Assembly: GCA_002104905.1 (NCBI GenBank)
Contig: MCFE01000178.1
Span: 1 to 64,000 of the forward strand
Direction: 5' to 3'
DNA: 64,000 nt
From: Basidiobolus meristosporus CBS 931.73
Lineage: Eukaryota; Fungi; Basidiobolomycota
Every line of letters starts with the position of its first letter. Within the stretch, counting starts at the first letter, position 1. A program made the position numbers and the translations under genes. The notes beneath the pieces are model-generated. The model made no database searches, was not told the origin of the DNA, and saw only the letters and a list, made by a program, of their open reading frames with translations. This document shows positions 23,463 to 35,269 of the stretch, in pieces.

Positions 23463-24541
23463 TGTGGTGGTGTATAAGTCCAAAGGGCAAAATATGGCCA
23501 ACACTTCTCAAGTGTGAATGTGTGTGGGGTGTTCACTGGGTGCAATAACCTCTGGCAAAAGCTTGCTAGGAATACTGGGTCTTTTGTCTAATCTAATGTG
23601 AAGGGGGATAAAGCCTCAAGCTTGTCAAGGGAAAACTATTGGGCTACAATCCCCTACTTAGTTGGTGTCTTAACAAAAGTTTATAATGGCTTCAACATCC
23701 TTTGAGATGACAGTGTACTAAAGCTTCCAAAGTCAAAACAACTGTAAACTCCACCAACAGGGACTTGATAAGAATGCAGCTTTGACCAAGAGTTACAAAG
23801 ACTGAAAAGTATCTTTGCCTGTACACAAACAAATTTGGGAAAACATTTAAATAAAATAAAATATACCTACTCTGAGTATTCCTCACAAGTAGTGCCTCCA
23901 AGGTCAGTTGGCTGTCAGCACGGTTTCCTGGGAGTATTGTCAGGTCTGTGTCAGAAAGTAGTGTTAATAGGCAGCAGTAATCTCACTAATCAATAAGCTG
24001 GAATATTGGAAGAGGGATGATTTATTTGTAAGGGATAGCCTCCCCTATATATTTTTTTTGCTGCTCAAATTCTTGCTAGAAAATACTTTCCAGAAGTTTA
24101 CAGAAGGTAGTAGACAGCCAATCATGTTGTTGTGTACTAAAAATAGCTCAAATTCTTGGCAGACTGTTGCATGAGACATAGTAGTACCTAGCCAATCAGA
24201 TAGTGGTAATTTGAAACCTCTGTGTCATGTAGTTACCTCATATGGTAGTAGGATAGGAGGGTTATGAAGCCAGAATGGTCACATGACATAGGCACTGTTG
24301 GGGTACTTGCCATATATGGCAACTATCTTATCTTGGCATCTTGGTAAGGAATAGGAATAGCTTGTGCAACAGGTTAATAGTGACAAATGGTTTGCCAGGT
24401 CACATAGTGAAAATCACATAGACAGATAGAAAATATTGCAATTTGGGATGATACTAATATAGGGGGGGTAATCCTTTTTAGGGAAGTGAACCTATGGGAG
24501 TGAGCACATCTGCCTGTGGGTGTCACTGTGACCCCACTACA
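23463..24541 (-). mobile_element. Solo LTR, family D, TSD ccac/ccgc
   Basis: TG...CA; reverse complement of 56793-57862; flanks differ by one CpG transition. Confidence 0.85.
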
Positions 24542-24619
24542 CCGCAAGCTGACCATTATGCTTAGGCAGATGAGAATGTAGCAAATGCAGTACCCTCAGT
24601 TGAAGATTAGCAAGCGGCC

Positions 24620-25558
24620 ATGTTAACATCACCACCACACATATTAGCAAGTATGTTGTCAGCTCATACCAAAGCTTTAATGAAGCACTTAGGTGCAGTG
24701 GCTGATAGGATAGATGCAATGGCCCAGAGAAATCAGGAAATAGTCCAGAGACAAGAAGAGCAGATAGTATATGTAGAGCAATCAATATCCCAGGTAGCAA
24801 ATGTAGTATCTTTGCTGCAAAGAAGGAATCTAGGTAGCTCAATGTTGCAGCCAAGAATTGAGCCATCTTCCAATGTAACAGCAGAGGAACACAGTACAGT
24901 CTTCAAAGTGCAACAACAGTGCCCAAAGATAAAGCTCACAGAAAAGCCTATCACAGCATTGGAGGGAGACAATGTGGTGTTTATACCCAAGCCTAAAAAT
25001 CATAAGACATTGAAGATCTGCAAAGCTGTGGAGTGTAATAATGAAAAATGGGCAAATATACAAGAGGCCATCAGAAGTCTAGCATGCCATCACCTTAAGG
25101 CTAGCATACCATGGGATCATCAGGAACTCAAGGCCAAGAACAATGTACTTGACTTGTTCCATGAGCTTTATCCTGGATTCAAACAGGCAAACAAATTTTG
25201 GGCCAGCATTGGTATGCTAAGAAAGTATATTAAGAATAATAGAAACTATCAACAACAGAAGAATGAGGATGCCATGGCTAAAAACCAGCAGCTTCCTCAA
25301 GAACCTGTTACAAGCAGGGCCAAAATCTCCAGACAAGTGTCAAAGAGATATCAGATAGCTGGAAGAGTGCCAATTAGGGACAAGCAGGCAGACATGGATG
25401 TACCAGCACAATATTTATCAAGGAAAAAGCGTAGTACCACTCAAGAAGCACCCAGTGAAAGTAGCAGTGAAAGACCTGGCAGTGATAAAAGCCAGCCACT
25501 TTCACAGGAGCCCAGAGGCAGAGAGGCATGCAAAAGAACAGCAGTTTTTGCCAATTAA
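24620..25558 (+). CDS. Open 312-aa middle section of the CMC partner protein (coiled coil plus W-rich helical domain), function unknown
   Basis: Longest open piece of the partner gene; upstream in-frame TAG at 24608 corresponds to CAG in other copies. Confidence 0.6.
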   Translation: MLTSPPHILASMLSAHTKALMKHLGAVADRIDAMAQRNQEIVQRQEEQIVYVEQSISQVANVVSLLQRRNLGSSMLQPRIEPSSNVTAEEHSTVFKVQQQCPKIKLTEKPITALEGDNVVFIPKPKNHKTLKICKAVECNNEKWANIQEAIRSLACHHLKASIPWDHQELKAKNNVLDLFHELYPGFKQANKFWASIGMLRKYIKNNRNYQQQKNEDAMAKNQQLPQEPVTSRAKISRQVSKRYQIAGRVPIRDKQADMDVPAQYLSRKKRSTTQEAPSESSSERPGSDKSQPLSQEPRGREACKRTAVFAN

Positions 25559-25958
25559 TGCTGCAAGCCAGGAACAGACTGAATGCCAACATAGCCAAGA
25601 AGAATTACCAACAAGAAAACAGCTGTTTTCACAATAGTTGGAAGTGCAGCCAGTTGAGCTACACTCCAGCAAAGTAGATGAGTTTGCTGAAAAAGGCAAT
25701 TTGTTTACCACAGTCTCCACAGCCTCCACATCTTCCATTGTTGATAGAGTGGAGATCCCACTGACAGACAAGGCTACAATGTCAAGAGCTTGAAAGACTA
25801 TTACAAGGCCATCAGTGGAGTTTTGGAACATCAATAGTCACACCAATAGGTTGCAGCACTTCATCAAGAGCAGTGCTCAAGAGAATCCATTGTCATATTT
25901 CAAGGATTGATTGTAAAGACTGGCGGATGAGGAGCTGTTGTGTTGTATTGTGATTAGT

Positions 25959-26019
25959 CACACTATGGCATCATTTGGCACTCATGGCTCAATGTGGCAC
26001 TATCCAACAGAACAAGTCT
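25959..26019. repeat. Foldback MITE terminal fragment
   Basis: ggcactcatggctcaatgtggcactatccaacagaacaagtct followed by att. Confidence 0.85.
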
Positions 26020-26070
26020 ATTACATTTGCACACATTGATTGACAAATGCCTCTTTTACTTGCTCCTTAC

Positions 26071-26591
26071 TGTCATGATCACATGACATCCCTGGTCTCC
26101 AATAATCTAGCCAAACCAAGTCAGTGAAGAAATCCCAGCTCCTTCTAGAATGTTCTACTACATTCTAGCAACTTCTTGAAAGTCAATGTTATAAAACACA
26201 ACGTTCTATGGAAACTTCCCATTAAAGTTTATGTAGTCCCATGCCATATATAGTAACTACATGTCTCATGACCTAGTCACATGATCAGCTGACCCCTGAT
26301 ATATCTCCATGTGATATTCCAGTCTGTTCTTTAGTATATTCTATCTTGGCACACTCACTGTGCCGCACCCCAGAACCCCATCAGTATTAGCCAATATCTC
26401 TTAGCATCCATATTGCCAAAAAGTGTATATAGTCCTATCCCCCCTTATGTATTCCTCAGTCTGATAAATGCAGGTCTTGAATTAACAGCCTTGTCTTGGA
26501 AATCCACCTTGCCTTGTTGATCCACACCTAAGTCCTTTCCTGGTCCTGCCTTACCTAGCCCTACTCTCCTGCCTTGTGTCTACTCATAACA
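26071..26591 (+). mobile_element. Solo LTR, Gypsy family C, 5-bp TSD CTTAC
   Basis: tgtcatgatc...cataaca, 521 bp; cttac on both flanks. Confidence 0.9.
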
Positions 26592-26732
26592 CTTACTTCC
26601 TAACTGAACCAAACACTTAATTTTAATACATACCATTTGGTTTATTTCAGCTGCAACTTTAAAAGTGCTATGCTTTCTTGTTGATGAATGCTGCAGTGGT
26701 GCATCCATTAATGCCTGCTTGAACCTTACCAG

Positions 26733-28539
26733 TGTGGTGATGTTTAAATCCAAGGGAGAGATAGGTCATCACTTCTCAAGTGTTAAGCATGTGGGGCATT
26801 CACTGGGTGCAATAGACTTGTTCCGTTGGATAGTGCCACATTGAGCCATGAGTGCCAAATGATCCCATAGTGTGCCAGAGAGGCCAATTGAGCCTCTACC
26901 TGGCCATAGGGTGTGAAACATAGCTCTGCATCTTCATGCAAGGCAGCCCCTGTGTTTCACCCATTGTGTTGGAGAAAATCCATTTTTTGACCTTTTTTTT
27001 TGGATCAACGTTGTGCAGGATATGTTAGGGCACAAGCAGATTGAAGATATGCATCTGGTACTCAATACCCATGGCACTCTGAATCTAGCTCCAGTAGCTT
27101 GTATCATGTCACAAAAATGAATGGCACTATCTTGGTCCACTGGTACTATCTGGCACTATAAGTGCTTTGTATAGATCCTACTTTAGGGCTAATATTTAAA
27201 TATAGTGCCAGATAGTACCAGTGGACCAAGATAGTGCCATTCATTTTTGTGACATGATACAAGCTACTGGAGCTAGAATCAGAGTGCCATGGGTATTGAG
27301 TACCAGATGCATATCCTCAGCTCTCCTGTGCTCTTACACATCCTGAGCTACATTGATCCACAAAAAAAGGTCAAAAAATGGATTTTCTCCTGCGCAATGG
27401 GTGAAACACAGGGGCTGCTTTACATGAAGATGCAGAGCTATGTTTCACACTCTGTGGCCAAGTGTAGGCTCACTTGACCTCTCTGGCACACTATGGCATC
27501 ATTTGGCACTCATGGCTCAATGTGGCACTATCCAACGGAACAAGTCTAATAACTTCTGGCAAAAGCTTGCTAGGAATACTTGAGTTCTATCTCTAATCTA
27601 ATGTGATGGGGAAAAAAGCCACAAGCTTGTCAAGCAAAAACTATTGAGCTTCAATCCCCAACTTAGTTAGTGTCATAGCAAAAGTATGTGCAGGGTTCAG
27701 CACCCTTTGAGATGACTATGTACTAGAGCTTCCAAAGTCAAAACAACTGTAAACTCCACCAGCAGGGACTTGATAAGAGTGAAGCTGTGGTCAATAGTAA
27801 CAAAGACAGAAAAGTATCTTTGCCTGTGCAAGAACAAACATGGGAAAGAATCAAATATAATGAAGGATACCTACTCTGAGTATTCCTCACAAGTAGTGCC
27901 TCCAAGGTCAGTTGGCTGTCAGTGCAGTTGCTGGGAAGTGTCCTGTGGTCTGGGATTGGAGGTTCAGGTAGCAGCAGGTAGCAGTGACTGCACTAGTGAA
28001 CAAGTCAGTATATTGATAAAAGGGATGCCAATTTATTGTTGAGCAATTGCCCCCCTTATACACTTTTCTCACTGGCAAAGTGATTACAAATCATGATGTT
28101 CCAGAAGGTCCTGGTGGTCAAATAGGAATCTTAATGCCATCAGAATGAGCTAAGAATGCTCTAGGTAGGTGCCAGAAGGTTATAAAAGGCACAGCATACC
28201 CAACCAACCAGGGATCAGTATTCCAAAGGCAGTGTAACATAGGGATGCTGTATATACTATGAAAATGGTAAGGATGGTAATGCAGTGTTGTCATGTAATA
28301 CAGGTTCTGATGCAGGTACCTGCCTAATGTAGACTCACTTATATCAAGCAATCTTACATAAAGTGAGGGATAATGTATGTAATAAGGTAAGCAGGTGTGA
28401 TAGTAAGCCAGCTTATGGGATAGTACTGATTAAGTAAGACAGGTAGGATAAAACTAATATAAGGGTAGTAACAAATAGGGAAGTAGAAAATATGGGAATG
28501 AGCACATCTGCCAGTGGGTGTCAATGTAACCTCACTACA
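26733..28539 (-). mobile_element. Solo LTR, family D, with an inserted MITE; flanks ccag/cctg
   Basis: TG...CA; collinear with 23463-24541 once 26814-27547 is removed. Confidence 0.8.
26814..27547. mobile_element. 734-bp foldback MITE, TSD AAT
   Basis: AGACTTGTTCCGTTGG...CCAACGGAACAAGTCT; ~345-bp inverted arms around a ~40-bp spacer; empty site gggtgcAATaac at ~23540. Confidence 0.95.
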
Positions 28540-29884
28540 CCTGCACTCTTCTGACTACCTGATATTTGAGCTCTCCACCCTGTTTGTGACAGGCTCCTGA
28601 GAAAGTCATGAATTTACCACTGCCGGACCCTTCACTACTACTGTGGCTGAGTGCTTCTGGTATTGATCTATATTTTTTCCTTAATAAATACTGTACTTGT
28701 CATCTGTTTCTGCTTGCTTGCTCCTTACAGAACTCTTCTGGCTACTCAGTTTTTCTTTGCCACTTATATGGAGCTTTCAGCCATGTTTACAACAAGCACT
28801 TTAGGGAGCTGCAGCTTTTAGTTATGGCACCTTTGCTCTTCTGCCTGAGGTAGTGACTGCTATTCTTGAGTTACCTTTTAACATATCAATGCTGGCCCAA
28901 AATCTGCTTGCCTGCTTGAATCCAGGATACTGTTGATGAAACAAATCAAGTGCATTCTGCTTGGCCTTAGGTTCCTTATAGTTCAATGATATACTGGCCC
29001 CAAGGTAATGTCAAGCTAGACTTCCAACAGCTTCCCAGATATTAGCCCATTCTTCTTCTATGTACTCAACTACTTTATAGATCTTCAATGTCTTTTGATT
29101 CTTAGGCTTGAGTATTAAGATTACAGTCTCTCCCTCTAATGCTGCAATAGTTTTTCTGTGGGCTTCATCTTTGGGCACTGTTGTTAGGCTTAGAAGAATT
29201 TAAGGTGCACCTCTTCTGTCACATTGAGATATGGCACAGATCTAGCCTGCAACATTCAGATACTGGCGCACTTTCATTTTGACAAAGATACTGCATGCCC
29301 TACCTGGGATAATGATTGCACTACAAATATTGTCTACACATCCTGCTTGGACTATTTCCTGATTTCTCTGGGCCATCACATCAGTCTTATTAGCCACTGC
29401 ACCTGATTGTTTCATTGATGAGTTAGTATGATATGACAACATACTGCTAATACTAGTGGTGCTGAGGCTATGATAGTCACTAATAGGTCCTTTACAGGAG
29501 GTATAGCATTTTCTACACTCTAATTTGCAAGTGCATTATAGCAAGCTTGCAGCTGCACCAAGATTCTCAATTGCCTACTTAACTGAGAGCCTGAGAGGTG
29601 TTCATCACTACCATCAGTTGACCACACTGACAACATGGCTGTTTTTGATGTATCCCTGCTTGTTACACTGAGTGTCTAAGCAAGCTTTTGTCAAACAATT
29701 GTTTGAGGTGGTATTTGATTGGCAACCAGACAACTTGCTTTTGTTCTTTGGCATCATATAAATGGGAGTCAAGCCAAAGGGGAAATAGTGATGCAAGTAT
29801 ATTTACATATGATGCCAGTGCTTTGCTTTAAATGCTAACAAAGGTAGGTCATCATTAAATGTTACATTAACATGGGTGCAAAAC

Positions 29885-30170
29885 ACCTGTTCTGTTGGAT
29901 ATTGCCACATTCAGCCATGAGTGCCAAATAATGCCATAGTGTGCCAGAGTGGCCTTGGATGAATGTTGTGCAGGATGTGTAAGATTGCAGAAGGACTAAA
30001 GTGATGCATTTGGTACTCAATAGTCATAGCACTCTAATTCAGGCTCAAGAGGCTTTTAACATGTCAAAAAACGCATGGCAATATCTTGGTCCACAGGTAC
30101 TATCTAGCACCATATTTAGATATTAGTCCTGAAGTGAACCTATACAAAGCACTTATAGTGCTCCACTATA
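29885..30170. repeat. Degenerate, internally deleted MITE (left arm and centre)
   Basis: acacctgttctgttggatattgccacattcagccatgagtgcc... plus the central spacer. Confidence 0.7.
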
Positions 30171-30250
30171 CCAGACCCAGGCTTAAAGCCAAGAGGAGGG
30201 TGGATGCAGTGGGGGCAATCTACACCAACCCCCCTCACAGTGCACTGCAC

Positions 30251-31400
30251 TTTGGTGGGAGCTTAGTAAGCCCCACTGAAAGATGAGATCATTCTCCTAT
30301 TCTCTACTTCCCTATTTTAGTTTTATCTCATTTGTCTTATCTGATCAGAGCTATCTCATAAGCTGGCTAGCTATGACACCTGCTTATTTTATTGCAAACT
30401 GCAGTATCCAAGAGAAAAATGCACTAAAACTCTTGAATGAGCTAACTAAACCTAAGTGACCACTAAGTGCAGAATTTTAGAATTGTCAAGAGTGTCAGAA
30501 ATATTAGCAGAGAGATTCTGGTCAAATATTGGGCTTACATATAGCTGAGTTGGGCTATAAAGGCAACAGAGTAGGTTTGCTATGCAGGCTAGCCTTAGTG
30601 TTCTTGAGAGTGCTAGATATACTAAGCTTGGGTAGAAACTAGAATGGATTTGTTGAATTCTTAATTTTGTTGAGACACACACTAAACCAAAAGGTTCAGT
30701 AAGCTTTACTTATACTTTTCTGATTGAGTTGCATTAGTAAGCACCAAGTTACTGGACTAATTGAAATCTGTTGGGGTGTTGATAGGTGCATAAGATAAAT
30801 GAAAAGTTGCATTATTAATCAGCTGCTGTCTTGGCAACTGCTAAGTGGTTGCATAAATCTCAGATGACTAATCACTTGGAATGGCTAGCAGATCAGTTGA
30901 GGATGTAATGCCTACATGAAAATTGATCAGGTGTGACAGCTAAAAATAGATTCTGAGAAGTGATAAAATAAACCATAACAGGGATTAGTTATGTTTGGGT
31001 TAGGGAAAATCAGTTAGGGTGCTGGATTTTTTGATGGAGTGAAATTGACCAAGTTTTAAATTTTGATGCACAACACATATGCTATTCCTCACTTAATGCA
31101 AGATTATTAGACTTAAGTGCTTCTACATTATGCTAGTACCAGCACCAGTACCTGTGACACAAGACCAACATGTGTCACCATCCCTATCAATTCATCCCTT
31201 TTATGGTATCGGCTTGTAACACATGCTTTAGAATACTGCTTCCTGATTGGTTGAGTGTGCTGTGCCACTTCAAATCTTCCAGCATATACATAGTGCATTC
31301 TTGGTTCATTCTGATGTCATCATGGTATATATTGATCTCTGAAACCTTCTGGAACTCCAGACTTAGTAATCAAGTAGCCTGTGAGAATAGTAGCCATGTT
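30251..31400 (+). repeat. Degenerate 5' part of LTR-D, interrupted by LTR-F
   Basis: Aligns to 56793-57250 on both sides of 30400-31075; left flank gcac. Confidence 0.65.
30400..31075. mobile_element. Solo LTR, family F
   Basis: Same length as and collinear with 22616-23291; flanks caaac/catat (degenerate TSD). Confidence 0.85.
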
Positions 31401-33814
31401 TAGAAGGATGGTATAACTTTGAGCCATGAGTGCTAAAAAATGCCATGGTATGCAAGAGAGGCAAAGCAGACCTACACTGGGCCATTGAGTGCCCTATGAA
31501 GAGTAATTGTGATGATCCTGTCATAAGGTGATTACAAAATCAAAGTCCTGCAGCTGCAAAGTATTGATCCTGTCAGGACACTGTGCAATAAGCATTGAAA
31601 AATAGTACATCCCAGATTTCACAAAAAACTGAGTCAAAATTTCCCATTGCAACAATACCCTAGTGGCTTTTGATTGGTCCTCTAGTATTTCTCTCACTTT
31701 CTGATCCCAGACACTCAATCAACTCCTACATTTATCTATATTGATTGGCTACTGCCTCTTTTACACACTCCTTATTTACTGACTCAGCCAATTCTCTTAC
31801 TTTTCTTGCACACAAATTGATTTACTCCTGTTGAAACTTCAGTTTACCTCAATTGCCATTTGTATTGACCTACACAAGTCTCTATGCCCAGCACTTACAT
31901 TGAGCCCAACCCCACACCCAACAAGTAGCTCCATTGAGATCCATCATTCTATAAGTATTTATACTATAACACCCTTTTCTCATGACTATGGCAGGAACCC
32001 TGCAGCTTTATGCCACTGTCCATTCCCTGGTTCCCATATATCCTGGTCATCATCCGGCACTGCCAGGTCTAGCAACACATCTCCCAGTCTTTGATATAAG
32101 TCCTTGCGATATTCAAAGGCATTTCTTGCACACTGCCCTTGAGGAAGTGCTGCAATCTCCTGGTGTGCTTATTTATAATCCAAAATTCCATTGTAGGCAT
32201 AGTGCTAGTCTTTTGAGTACTTGATGATGTTGTTTTGTCTGTTAGTGGGATCTTCACTCTGTATAAAATAGAGAATATGGAGGCAGTGGTAGATAAGTTT
32301 CTTTTCTCTGAAAGTTCATCTACCTCACTGGAATGTAGCTCTGCTTGTTAGAATTCTAACACTTGCAAGAGCAACTGAGAAATTGTTTGTAATTCTCTAC
32401 GAAACAGTAGGATTCAGCCTATTCTGGGACTGACATCATTAATTGGTGAGACCAGCAGCTTTTTTCTCAATCTTCCCTATCTCTGGCTGTGATACATCTT
32501 TTTCACCTAACTTTTTCCTGTTTCACTGCCAGGTTTTTCTCTGCCACTTTGAATGAGTGAATTTTATATTGTACTCTGTTCTCTCCTTGATTAATACTGC
32601 ACTGGTGCATCCATTTTTGCCTGCTTGTGCCTGCTGGCACTTTGCTACCAATGTGACACTGCTTTGCCACTTGCTTAGAACCATCAGCCCTGCAAGTGAC
32701 AGGCTCCTGAAAAAGCCACAGGCTTTTATCAATGTTGAATCCTTTGTTGCTACTGTTAGCAGGTGCTTCTTGTATTGTACTTTGCTTTTTCCATAATGAA
32801 AGCTGCTCTAGTGCCTCAGTTTGTGCCTGCCAGTCCCTTGCCAGAACTCTCCAGTGAACCTGACATTTCTTTGCTGCTTGTGTAGAACTTCCTGCTCTGT
32901 CTGTAACAGGCTTCTGAGAAAGTTGCAGGATCTTACCACTGTTAAGTGGTGATGTATGATGGCCACTTGCTGGTCTTCAGCCAAGGTACTGCTTTTACTA
33001 CATCCTGATTTGCACTAACATAATGGTGAGCTTGCAGCTTCACAGGTATTCTTGCTTGACTACTTGACTGAGAGCCTGAGGAGTGTGCATTATCACCTTA
33101 TGTGGGCACACTGTTAACATGGTCTTTTTTGGATGTAGTCTTGCTTTTTTGCACTGAATGTCAAAGCAAGCTGTTGCACAACTGTTCTTTGGCTGCTCTC
33201 AACAGTAGAGCTTAGTTGGGAACCAGAAAGCTTTGTATTATTTGTTGGCAGCATATATATGGAAGTGAGCCAAACCAAAGAGGAAATAGTATTGAATATA
33301 CACATGCTTGTTATGCCACAACTTCATTTATTATGCTTACTCTGGCAGCTCAGCAATGAATCTTACATTCATGTAGGTATAATATTTCAAATACAAGGCT
33401 GTCTTGCACTCACATGAGTATTTATAAAAAAGTGATGCAATAGACTGGTTCCATTGGATAGTGACACGTTGGGCCATGAGTGCAAAATGATGCCTTAGTG
33501 AGCCAGGGAGGCCAAGTGGACCTATACTTGGCCACCAAGTGTGAAATATAGTTATTCATCTTCTTGCAAGCAGCCCCTATATTTCATCCATTGTGCAGAA
33601 GAAAATCCTTTTTTAACCATTTTTTTGGGATGAGTGTTGTCCATGATCTGTAGGAGGACTGAAGGACTGAAAAAACACATCCAATACTCAATATCTGTGG
33701 CACTCTGAATCTAGCTCCTGTGGCTAGTAACATGTCACTAAAATGCAATGCACAATCTTGGTTCACTGGCACTATCTGGAACTATATAAGTGCTTTGCAT
33801 AGGTTTTACTTTAT

Positions 33815-34548
33815 AGACTTGTTCCGTTGGATAGTGCCACATTGAGCCATGAGTGCCAAATAGTGCCATAGTGTGCCTGAGAGTCATAGCAGACCTAAAC
33901 TTGGCCACAGAGTGTAACATATAGTTCTGCATATTCATGCAAAGCAGCCCCTGTGTTTCACCTACTGTGTGGGAGAAAATCAATTTCTTAACCTTTTTTT
34001 TGGGATCAAAATTGTGCATGACGTAAAAGAGCACAGACAGACTGAAGATATGCATCTGGTACATTATACCCATGGCACTCTAAATCTAGCCCCACAGGCT
34101 TGTAGCATGTCACAAATATGCATGGCACTATCTTGGTCCACTGGTACTATCTGGCACTATATTTAAATATTAGCCCTAAAGTAGAACCTATACAAAGCAC
34201 TTATAGTGCCAGATAGTACCAGTGGACCAAGATAGTGACATGCATATTTGTGACATGCTACAAGCCTGTGGGGCTAGATTTAGAGTGCCATGGGTATTAT
34301 GTACCAGATGCATATCTTCAGTCTGTCTGTGCTCTTTTATGTCATGCACAATTTTGATCCCAAAAAAAAGGTTAAAAAATTGATTTTCTCCCACACAGTA
34401 GGTGAAACACAGGGGTTGCTTTGCATGAATATGGAGAACTATATGCCACACTTTGTGGCCAAGTTTAGGTCTGCTATGACTCTCAGGCACACTATGGCAC
34501 TATTTGGCACTCATGGCTCAATGTGGCACTATCCAACGGAACAAGTCT
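33815..34548. mobile_element. 734-bp foldback MITE, TSD TAT, inserted in the host MITE's central spacer
   Basis: Intact termini with CpG retained; tat at 33812-33814 and 34549-34551. Confidence 0.95.
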
Positions 34549-34761
34549 TATGACTAATACTCAGATCTAATGCCAGATTGTATCAGTGGACCAAGATGGT
34601 GCTTTGCATTTGGTGACAAGTTACTAGCAACAGGAGATAGACTCAGAATGCCAAGGGTATTGAGTACCAGATGCATGTTCCAGTCCTTCTGTGCTCTTAC
34701 ACATCATACACAATATTGATCATAAATGAAAGGGCAACAAGTGAATTTTCTCCAGCACAAT

Positions 34762-35269
34762 AGACTTGTTCTGTTGGAGAGTGCCACATTAAGGCATCAG
34801 TGCCAACTGATGCCATAGTGTGCCAGGGAGGTCAAGTTAGCCTATACTTGGCCACAGTGTGTGAAACATAACTCTGCATCTTCATGCAAAGCAGCCACTG
34901 TGTTTCACCCATTGTGTTGGGGAAAATCCATTTTTTGATTAATTTTTTTGGATCAATGTTGTGCAGGATGTGTAAGAGCACAGAAGAACTGAAGACATGC
35001 ATCTGGTACTCAATACCCATAGCACTCTGGATCAAGCTCCTGTGGCTAGTACAATGTCACAAAAATGAATGGAACTATCTTGGTCCACTGGTACTGTCTG
35101 GCACTATAAGCGCAATATATAGGTCTTACTTTAAGGCTGCTTTGCCCAAAGATGCAGAGCTATGTTTCACACTCTGTGGCCAAGTATAGGCTCACTTGAC
35201 CTCCCTAGCAAACTATGGCATCATTTGGCACTCATGGCTCAATGTGGCACTATCCAACAGAACAAGTCT
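34762..35269. mobile_element. 508-bp internally deleted MITE, TSD AAT, inserted in the host MITE's right arm
   Basis: Both termini present; aat at 34759-34761 and 35270-35272; flanks rejoin as ttctccagcacAATgtgtg. Confidence 0.9.

Larger units (their letters stand above)
22562..25920 (+). pseudogene. CMC partner gene, split by solo LTR-F and solo LTR-D
   Basis: ATG TTG CCA AAA at 22562; removing the LTRs restores sequence collinear with 1110-1555 (rc); conserved C-terminal motif VEFWNIN.HT.RLQHF.K.SAQE. Confidence 0.7.
26020..29880 (-). mobile_element. CMC partner-gene copy hosting LTR-C and LTR-D (with MITE)
   Basis: 28540-29760 aligns (rc) to 24620-25400 and to the 5' end (ORF 29614-29796 MMPKNKSKLSG). 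Confidence 0.65.

Noticed and set aside
26934-27477. Recurrent ORFs in the MITEs (MDQDSAIHF..., MGIEYQMH...)
   Set aside because: They appear on both strands because the element is a palindrome; lengths and stops vary between copies and no domain is recognisable.
26813-27548. TA TSD (Tc1/mariner) for the MITE
   Set aside because: Empty-site comparison and other copies (ATT, TAT, AGT flanks) require a 3-bp duplication with termini AGACTT/AAGTCT.
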